Origin: Catajapyx aquilonaris
Lineage: Eukaryota
Direction of reading: 5' to 3'
Length of the DNA: 43,501 bases
Assembly (NCBI GenBank): GCA_000934665.2
Contig: KZ537964.1
Span: 186,001-229,501, forward strand
Position numbers and translations under genes: made by a program. Below are positions 12,869-21,584 of this stretch, piece by piece. Position 1 is the first letter of the stretch. Each line of letters opens with the position of its first letter. Below the pieces are notes generated by a model. It had not been told where the DNA came from. It was given only the letters and a program-made list of their open reading frames with translations, and made no database searches.

Positions 12869-13110
12869 TTGACATGGGAAAAGGCGTAAGTCACGAATGG
12901 AATTTTTCGCAGCGGCTAGGCAAAAAACTAGTTTTGAGAACACTGCGAAGCACATTTTATCACACAAAATATTTCTTACTGTTGGATTTGCTACACAAAG
13001 TCATGAAGAGTCAAAAAAGCAGTTATGAGTTTAACATTTAAATGTAGGCTACTTGTTTTTCCTTTTTGAGTCACATTTCGCATTGTGCCTTCTGCCCCTT
13101 TCCATGTCAA
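12869..13110. mobile_element. Degenerate MITE-like element
   Basis: Imperfect inverted termini of about 30 bp: TTGACATGGGAAAAGGCGTAAGTCAC versus the reverse complement of the right end, TTGACATGGAAAGGGGCAGAAGGCAC. No clear TSD. Confidence 0.45.
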
Positions 13111-13607
13111 CACCTCTTGTCCAGTGTGACTTCAGTACCATTCTGAGGGTGAATGCATTACGACAGAGAATGCCCCTGACACTGATGGTTTTCCCTCATG
13201 TTCGCTTACACACAAATACAAACCTTTAAAAATCCATTAATTTTAATAGGTAACGGCTAATGTGTCATGTAGTCTTGAAGATGTGTTCCCAAGCTCATGA
13301 GCAGCAGTGTATGTCGTAGTGAAAGCATCAGCGTGAACAAGAAGCCCAATTCATGCCCCGCCTTTTGTCCACAGTCTTCTTGCTCATGCTCAAGTCTCAA
13401 AATGGCTCGTTCTTGTTTGGAAACCCACCTTGAAGTGCCACACTCTGCGGAACATTCGGTGTGTTTGCATGACAACACTGCATGTCACACACCCTCTTGC
13501 ACAACTAACCTGTTACACACCTCTTGTGTACAAACACACATGGCCTTGCCTGCACATTCTGGTGTGGGCCTAACACACCCTCTTGCCCCCCTGGAACAAA
13601 CACTCAC

Positions 13608-14150
13608 TTGGTGTTATACCCCCTGCGTGTGGTCAGTGTCTGTGGTGGTCAGCCACGCTCCTCTCCTTCATATCCACCCCAGCCTCTCTCTCTCCCTCTT
13701 CTGTCTCTCTGTGTGTCTCTGTCTGCCTAAGCCAAGAAGGATGAGGAAATGGAACGGGGCTTGCTTCACACTCGGTCCTTTCCGAACGGGGCTGCCATCG
13801 TCTGGTGGTGCCCCAGGAGGGCGGGAAGGGGCTGCCCTCACACAACCAGTCTTCCGTTGTCTCCAGTGGATACCTGGTCCTCTCGATGTGCGGTATGATT
13901 GTTGTTGTGCAGGCAGGCAACACACACAGCCAGAGGCACCAGCGGAGTTTGCAGCAGCTCTTCTTTGCAGGAGGGGAGGGGATGGGAGGGGGGGAAGGGA
14001 ACTGGAGGAGGGGAGAGGGGGTGTGGAGGGAAAGGGGGAGGGAAANNNNNNNGGGGGGAGACAATCAGAGGCTGGATGAAGCATAGCGGCTTGGCTGGTA
14101 GCGGCTAGTGGAGCGGAGTCGGGAAAGTAGCAGTCGCAGTAACGGTTTCT
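13608..14150 (-). promoter_or_regulatory. Probable non-coding first exon and promoter region of WAPL
   Basis: The WAPL ATG sits 8 nt after a splice acceptor (exon start 11169), so an upstream exon is implied. This GC-rich block ends in a strong minus-strand donor CAA|GTGAGT at 13608/13607. The 5' end is approximate and the block contains an N gap near 14046-14052. Confidence 0.5.
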
Positions 14151-14251
14151 CGCTATCGAGTTTTTGACTCGGATGATTTTTTATATAAATATATATATTT
14201 TCATAAGGTGCAGGTTGGCTCACTCTGGCGTTTTTTTTTATTGTGCAAGAT

Positions 14252-14499
14252 GAACGAAGCAAGTTTGTGTAGTGGTGCGTTAAGGAGCCCGACTGCTAAT
14301 CGGGAGGTCCGGGGTTCGAATCCCGGGGCCGGCAACTCTGACTGTGGTTATCTGTAGTTTTCCACGGTCCCCCCAGGATAATTCCGGGGTTGTTTCCGTA
14401 TAATATGCCTTCCTTCCCTATCCTTGGCTATACTCTACCCCCCTAATGGAGCGCCGATTCTCCCAATGCGACATAAATAAACAAATAAAAATAAATAAA
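14252..14499 (+). mobile_element. tRNA-derived SINE with 14-bp TSD
   Basis: tRNA-like head with anticodon arm CCCGA-CTGCTAA-TCGGG and B box GGTTCGAATCC, a body containing CCTTCCTTCCCTATCCTT, and an (AAAT)n tail. Direct repeat TTATTGTGCAAGAT at 14238-14251 and 14500-14513. Confidence 0.9.
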
Positions 14500-14567
14500 T
14501 TATTGTGCAAGATTTGGAGTGAAATTATACATTTTCTAGGACCTTCCATTGGGTATTTTCTCACAAT

Positions 14568-14866
14568 TTTTTTTTTAGCTTTACCCCATTAGAGAGAACA
14601 GAGCCCTTTTAGGGGGGTGGGTTACCACCATTTTTCTTACGAAATTTTTATCGCATTTTTCTCTCCGGTGCAGGGGTCAGGATAGGGATTTGTGAGGCAC
14701 GGGTGCAAGTGCAATGTCCGAAATTTGGGGAGTCGTGTGCAGCAGTCCCCCAGGGGGCCAAGCTGCAAGACACTCCCTAGGTGCGGGTCAGAAACTCCCC
14801 ACCGACACCGCACCTCCTCATGGACAGGACAAGGATAGGAAAGGAAGGAAGCGGCTGTGGCCTATT
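14568..14866 (-). mobile_element. 5'-truncated SINE with poly(A) tail and 12-bp TSD
   Basis: Direct repeat TTTTCTCACAAT at 14556-14567 and 14867-14878. The T-run at 14568-14576 is the minus-strand poly(A). Shares motifs with the SINEs at 6773 and 14252. Confidence 0.75.
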
Positions 14867-15579
14867 TTTTCTCACAATATTTCAATACGATAATAAATCG
14901 GTTGCAAAAATAATTATTGGCGCAAACACTTTCTCTTGTAAGAATGATACAATCTTTTAGCCAAAAGGCAAACAATCAAAGTCATTGGAAATAATGCATT
15001 CTGGTCAATAACGGCGGTTTCGAATATTTTATGATGATTATATTATATTGCAGGTAGATTTATTTAATCAATCATAATGTGGCAATGCAGGTATCAGTCA
15101 TATTTGTTTCTAGGTGTCAAGTGGTTGCAATGTTGCAATTATTCGGGAAAATTATTATTCGAATAATTTTTTGCATGGAGTAGAACTGACACCTACGTCA
15201 CGGCATGCAAAGAGTAACGCAATATTAATGTCGCAATTTACTTAATTATTCATTCCTTCATTTAAAGATTGCGTGCTGGCTGCCACTACTTGTCCTCTAG
15301 TAATATGTGCTTAATTACTATTGCAATAAATGATAGCAACCATCATTTTGTGGTATATGTTGCCAAGTTGTGAATTTTGCGTCTCATTACAGGTTTCTTA
15401 GAAGCGACCGGTTACTATATCGTGACCTGCCTGAAGTCAAAGCCAAGTTTGTTGTCGCAATGTCTGGTCCCCTAAGCAACATCTATCGAACCATGGTCTT
15501 AGAACCTGCCCACTTACTTCGCACCTGATCACTTTCGTTTCGTCGTGTCACCGAGGTGGCTGTGAGTGCAACAGCAACC

Positions 15580-18500
15580 ATGGCCAGCCAGCATCGAGAC
15601 CTGACCTCCGACGTGGACAGGGCCTGGACCCCCAAAAACGAGAACCTGAAAGACCCTTTGACCCCGGAGAACAGCCAAGGGTCATCTCCACCTCCTGATG
15701 AGCCGTATGGAAAGCACCAGCAAGATGAAGGAGGCTGCTGGGGATCTTTCACCGGATGTTGTGGAGGTAAAACTACATTTACATCAGTGAATAAGTCAAT
15801 AAATAAATGACTGTGATGTTCACATAGGAATTTGGGCCACGAGGCAAATGAGCAACAACAAAAACAGGGAGGTTTTTGTTAGGACCACTATACGAGAGCT
15901 GCTTATTTACGCCTTGTTCCTGGTTATTCTCTGCATATGTAAGTCGTGGAAATTATATTTATTGTTTGCATGATTTTTTTAATGGTCATGACGCGTCATT
16001 AGTTTCGTGTGTGGACGTGTCATAGCTAACATGGATATTTTGGAAGTTTGCACAATTTTTATATATTCACGTTTGTGGAATGCTGGTTATTATGATGATA
16101 TTGAAGTTACTCGTTTTTATGACTCATCTCAAAAGTCTTTCTAGTGAATATTTTATTGTACATTTGAAAAAATCTCAACCGCGAAGAAAAAGCAATTTCT
16201 CAAGGCTATGAGCAATCAGAGTCCCTTGAGAGTTTTTTCTGCAATGTTTCTTAGTCTCCAAGGGGATATCAGAAAGTGTTTCATGACTGTGTTGCCAATG
16301 CTTGTTGAGAGGCAATGACGTCACTGGTTACCACGTGCTACCTAACTTCGCAAACTCCCACACTGTCCATCACTGTTAATGGAGCTGTCGCACCTACAAG
16401 GTCATTTAAATGTCACAATAATACGTAAACACATTTTATAAGGCGACCACAATAAACTAAATTACCGGAAAATGCGTCTATTGCTTCTGATCATACTTTA
16501 AAATTATTATGGCACTATTCCAGTGACATTTGGCATGACCAGTGCGACAATGTACTACTACACTAAAGTCCTGAGCGACCTGTTTGTGGAGAGCGACAAT
16601 GGTCGGTTCAGAACCGCCAACACGATGGGCGACTTCTGGAAGTTTGCCGAGGGGCCGATGCTGGATGGTCTGTACTGGGAGTACTGGTACGCCCAAGACG
16701 TGGCGGTCTCAAACATCAGCAAAGAAGACTCGAACATACTGTACGAGAATAGGCTCCTTGGAGTACCAAGGTTGAGGCAGGTGAGTTACCACAGGACATA
16801 ATGTTATGCACTCATAAAATGTCTCCCATCACCACCAGCTTAGGGTCAAAAACGATACTTGCATAATACCTCCTTCGTTTCGAGGGACTGTTAATACTTG
16901 TTACGGAACGTACACTCAGTATGCGGAGGATACAGAAGAATTCGGACCTGCGAAGGATACAAACTCGGAATGTCCGCCTAAGGAGGATAGAATCAAACGT
17001 CACATTTGTACCGAGTAAGTTAAAAATGCAGCTAATGTTGCGGTTGATGTTTACGAGGTGCGGTGTCCACAGGAGGTTTGGGTAGCTTATGACAAAGACA
17101 ATAACATCCGTTTGAACTAACCAATGCAATGAGGTCGTTTAAGTCTCAGGTCGGTAAATCTGATATTAGAAGAGTAGATATCTGGCAGAAGTTTTTGGTG
17201 TGCCATACCAAAGGTTCCCATACCACAAATAGGGCAAAGAGCATTTTACGTCACTGACGGACAAAATGGTGAATTGTCATGTTGTCCTAATTATAGTGAT
17301 TTTTTCCATCTGTTTTTGTCACACCTTTACCTACGATCCCTCACGTTAAAACCTTGATATAGCTGAGAGTAAGCAATGATTCCTGCAAAGTCCACAAAGA
17401 CTTCAAAGACGTCGTTGTCACCTGCTACGATGCGTATTCAGCAAATAGCGAGGACAAAAAGCCGTTTGGAATGCGAAATGACACGGAGTAAGTTGGGGGT
17501 GTTACAGTTTTCATCTGAGCACAACACAGCACACCTTTCGTTGCACAATAAGTCATGTAATATAGTGAAGCCTGGGAAGTTGGACACCCTCATAATGCTG
17601 GACACCTTCTTGTATCAACACAAATTAAAATAAAATCTTCGATTGTGCACATTTCTACATAATTATGTGAAACAGACGAATTTTCATATTTTGCGTTGAT
17701 GCAACTGACCATTCTTGGTTTTGGACTGCTGATTTCACCAGTGCCTTTTGAGGTTGTTGATATCCGTTTATTCCTCTCAGATGGACTCACTACACCGAGA
17801 AGGCCTTGAAAGGCTCGAGCCACTGGGGACTGATGGGGACCTACAGTGGTGGTGGGTACTTCAAGGACCTGAGGAAGACCAAGAACGAGAGTAGGGAAAT
17901 CATCGCAGATCTGAAGAAGAACCTGTGGCTGGACCGAGGAACAAGAGTGGTCTTCCTGGACTTCACCGTCTACAATGCCAACATCAACCTGTTTTGCGTT
18001 GTCAAGTGAGTGTCTATTATGCTTGAGTATACTCTACTATAAAAATGGTGCAACAGTGGAGACTTCCGGCAAATGTATTTGAAACCGAAATGGTCGCGTA
18101 TCGCAGGATGGTCTTCGAGTTTCCTCCTAGTGGAGGCATGATGACCTCCTCGACCTTCCGCACAGTCAAACTCCTCCGGTACGTGACTGCTATGGACTAC
18201 TTCGTTCTGGCCTGCGAAGGCATCTATTGCCTCTTTATCCTCTACTACCTGATTGAGGAGATCATCGAGATCAAAATTGGGGGTTGCGCTTACTTCAAGA
18301 GCATGTGGAGCATTCTAGACATTATCGTGCTTCTAGTAAGTCTTCTTTGGTGCTATGTATGTCTTTTACACAGAATGTTGCACTGTCCAAGTCTATACCA
18401 CAATGCACGGTGTTGTTGCACGTTTGTTGCGCTTTTACATGTACTGTACATCTTGCACATGCACTTTTTTTCTTCTTCAGACTCACGTTCGAGTTCCCTC

Positions 18501-20457
18501 CTATCGGTGGTGTCATAACGTCCTCAACCTTACACACTGTCAAACTGATCCGATATGTGACCCCTTCCGACTACTTCATCCTTGCATGCGAGCTGGCTTA
18601 CATTCTGTTTATCATGTACTATCTGGCAGAGGAGATCATGGAGATCAAGACAATCGGAAGTGTCAGGCATCTTCGAGATTTCTTTAACGCGCTGGACATC
18701 ATTGTCATTCTGGTCTGTCCCGTCCGTTACGTCGTTTGATGTTGCTAAAATGTCCGGCCGTGTTTCAGATTTCGATCGTGTGCATTGCGTTCAGCGTGTT
18801 CCGGTACATCCTGGTGGGTCGGACACTGAAGGGTCTTCTGGATAGCCCGGATGAGTTCGCCAACTTTGAGTTCCTGGGTTTCTGGCAGACGCAGTTCAAC
18901 AATGTGATCGCCCTCTGCGTCTTCTTCGCCTGGATCAAGCTCTTCAAGTACATCAGCTTCAACAAGACCATGACGCAGCTCAGCAGCACGCTGTCCAGAG
19001 TAAGATACTTGGAGTGCGGCTGACTTGTCAATTATTCATACACTATATTGTCGATTACAGTGCGCCAAGGACGTGGCAGGTTTCGCGGTCATGTTCTTCA
19101 TCGTGTTCTTCGCCTTCGCCCAGTTGGGATACCTCCTGTTCGGAACACAGGTCCAAGGTTACAGCCAGTTCGGAAACTCGGTCTTCACCTTGCTGAGGAC
19201 CATCCTGGGAGACTTTGACTTCGCCCAGATCGAGGCAGCCAACAGGGTCCTGGGTCCAATCTTCTTTCTGGCATACGTCTTCTTCGTCTTCTTCGTCCTT
19301 CTTGTAAGCAACAACTTGACAATAAATTGGACAGTATGTAATCCGATATTACTTTTCAGAACATGTTCCTGGCCATCATCAACGACACTTACAGCGAGGT
19401 GAAGGAGGAGATAGCCGCTCAGAAGAACGAGTTTGAGATAGCGGACTACTTCAGACGCGGTTACAACAATCTTCTGGGCAAGATGGGGAAGCGGGACAGG
19501 CTGATGGACGTCCAGGGAGCACTGAAGCTGGCAGCAGCGGACAACCGGATCACCTACGAGGAGATCAGACACAACCTCCGGAAATGCAACTTCTCGGATG
19601 TGGAGATCGAGATGTTCATGGCCAGATATGACATGGACGGAGACAAGAACTTGAGCGAGGAGGAGACCAGGAGGATGCTTGGAGATCTGGAGGGACAGAG
19701 GCTGGAGCTAGAGAGGGACATCACAAAGGAGACGGAGGCTGCCAAGGCGGGACAGATAGAAGGACAGCCAGGACAAGGCATGCCCATCGGAAACGGGGTC
19801 ACCTACGAGGAGTTTGCACAGTACGTCCAAGGGACAACAATTTTTTATCGAAAAGATCAGCGGTCATTTACATTTTGCGTTTCAGGCTGCAACGTCGTGT
19901 GGACCGGATGGAGACGTCCATCGGAGCGATCATCGCGAAGATTGACACGGTCCTGGTCACTATGGGACATGTGGAGTCAGCCAAGTCCAAGAGGAGAAAG
20001 CATCTGGGGAAAATGCTGGACAGTTTCGCAGAAGGTGAGCTTTACTATTCTTGTCTCGACGGAGTAAATTCGTTACTAAAATCTGGGTTCAGCAGATACT
20101 GGATGTCACGAAATGTTAGTTTGCTGCCATCAGTTAATTTTTTAATTAGCAATTCTGAGGTGTCCAATTTAAATTAGCAACTCTTAGCACTAATATGAAG
20201 CACTTTACAACAGTTTTAGGGTGAATATTAGTTTCTACTATTAGGATTCTGGGTAAAAGCACATAGGAAAGGTGATCAGTAATCATTGGATTTAAGCAAT
20301 TGGTTTTATACAATATACTGTACATTGGTTTTACTGCATTATGTAGTTTGTATACAAGTACTAAGAAAAGATCACGGAGACATGCAAGTCTCGTTGCTCG
20401 TCCACCATGCAGCATGCACATGCTGATTCATCTCCCATATCTGTTTCAGATGAATGA
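15580..20457 (+). CDS. PKD2: Polycystin-2 (TRPP) cation channel, 741-759 aa depending on exon choice
   Basis: Exons: 15580-15766, 15828-15938, 16524-16780, [4a 16839-17014 or 4b 17363-17487], 17781-18005, [6a 18107-18335 or 6b 18481-18712], 18769-18999, 19061-19303, 19360-19820, 19886-20034, 20450-20457 (TGA). The 4b+6a form is 2226 nt, in frame. Motifs: [63 protein letters not shown], pore filter [18 protein letters not shown]-hand [12 protein letters not shown], coiled coil [23 protein letters not shown]2 versus PKD2L1 orthology cannot be resolved for an invertebrate gene. Confidence 0.96.
16839..17014 (+). CDS. PKD2: PKD2 alternative exon 4a (TOP domain), paralog of exon 4b
   Basis: cag|CTTAGGGTC...ACCGA|gtaagt, 176 nt, phase 0 to phase 2, no stop. 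Encodes [58 protein letters not shown]. Confidence 0.85.
17363..17487 (+). CDS. PKD2: PKD2 alternative exon 4b (TOP domain)
   Basis: tag|CTGAGAGTA...ACGGA|gtaagt, 125 nt, phase 0 to phase 2. Encodes [41 protein letters not shown]. Confidence 0.9.
18107..18335 (+). CDS. PKD2: PKD2 alternative exon 6a (end of TOP domain, S2, S3)
   Basis: cag|GATGGTC...CTTCTA|gtaagt, 229 nt, phase 2 to phase 0. Encodes [10 protein letters not shown]...KLLRYVT...[15 protein letters not shown]. Confidence 0.9.
18481..18712 (+). CDS. PKD2: PKD2 alternative exon 6b, paralog of exon 6a
   Basis: cag|ACTCACG...ATTCTG|gtctgt, 232 nt, phase 2 to phase 0. Encodes [10 protein letters not shown]...KLIRYVT...[15 protein letters not shown]. 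Confidence 0.88.
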
Positions 20458-20544
20458 AGATTCCGCACCACACTTCAGCCCTGTGTATCCAACTGCGTGC
20501 AACTCGAAACACGTCACCTCGTTTGTTTCTGTTTGTGTTCTGCA

Positions 20545-20550
20545 AATAAA
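20545..20550 (+). terminator. Probable PKD2 polyadenylation signal
   Basis: AATAAA 88 nt after the stop, with a CA about 16 nt later and a downstream T/GT-rich tract. Confidence 0.65.
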
Positions 20551-21463
20551 ACTAAGACATGTTTCACAATGAGCACTTTTTTATTTATTATTCTGTGGGT
20601 CCAGAAATGATGATAAAGAGAGGCATATATAATCTTATATACACACACATCCATTTCCTGTACAGGTTTACTTGTTTTTTTTTTTTTGGTTTGATATAAA
20701 CATCGCTCCTTGTTTTATGTACAAGTACGGTATATCACGTCCCTCTGGTTGCCATGGTAGTTCACACTTATCAACCTTTACACTTGTGCAACTTTGTGCT
20801 TGACATTGGCGAAAGTGGGGGGGTAACAGGTGGGTTTGGTGCTCCTCGGTGGAGGTTGGGGAAGGGAAGGGATAGGTGGGGAGGAAGATGAGACTTCCTG
20901 CAGACTGTACACGGGCGTGACACTACAAAGGTGGTCGCAAAGTATACTGCAAAATTCGCTTTATTTTATGTGTCAAAATAAAAGAGGGAAGGTGGGTGTA
21001 GGTTAAGTTAAGGTGTGAGGAAAATGATTAAGATAAAATCAACCCAGTGATATGTCACTTCATGACACACAAACAACGCAACTCAAAAGCCGTCTTCCAC
21101 TACCAAGGCAAATTTGTTTTCTTTTTTTTAAAACCACACTCTTATCACAGTGGTGATGAGCACTATGTACTTAATTGATACGGGATATTTCTGTAGTTTT
21201 TTTTTTGCTCCGTGCTAAGCTATTACATTTTTTTTTGGATGGAAAACTGCCGACCAACACTCATTAAAACTCCCGACCTAATAAAACGCATTAATCGGCA
21301 GTCTTCATGGATATACTCTTTAAAAAGGGGGGGTTACACATGTCACATGAATTGCTATTGTGTATTTGGGGGAGAGGAAAACAGAGTGCAGTGAAGTTAC
21401 TCATAAGTGTGTGGCAAACAGAACAGGGATGACGTTTTGCCAAAATTTCAATACTGAATGGGG

Positions 21464-21584
21464 CCTGCCTGTGAAGGTTTTTGTCAGCCTATAAAATGCA
21501 TTATCCCTGACCGCACCGAAGAAAATGTCAAAACACTTTATATTAAGACCACTTTGCAAGGGAGGCCAAATCTTCACAGGCAGG
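21464..21584. mobile_element. 121-bp MITE-like element
   Basis: Perfect 13-bp inverted termini CCTGCCTGTGAAG / CTTCACAGGCAGG. No clear TSD. Confidence 0.45.

Noticed and set aside
13297..14079. 260-aa plus-strand ORF
   Set aside because: Low-complexity translation of CA- and GA-rich leader/intron sequence that spans an N gap, with no domain.
14258..14333. Possible tRNA-Ser(GCT) gene
   Set aside because: No paired acceptor stem and no long variable arm as expected for Ser. It is followed by a SINE body, an (AAAT)n tail and a TSD, so it is a SINE head.
16028..16210. Possible duplicate of PKD2 exon 3 (FWKFA match in intron 2)
   Set aside because: Only five residues match, flanking sequence is unrelated, and there are no compatible splice sites.
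17015..17780. Further copies of exon 4 or exon 5 in the flanking introns
   Set aside because: Frames after the AG sites I tested hit stops and show no PKD2 similarity.
18045..18739. ORF-track entries 18045-18518 and 18284-18739 as a frameshifted pseudogene or two separate genes
   Set aside because: They are the paralogous exons 6a and 6b plus intron read-through, and each has proper splice sites.
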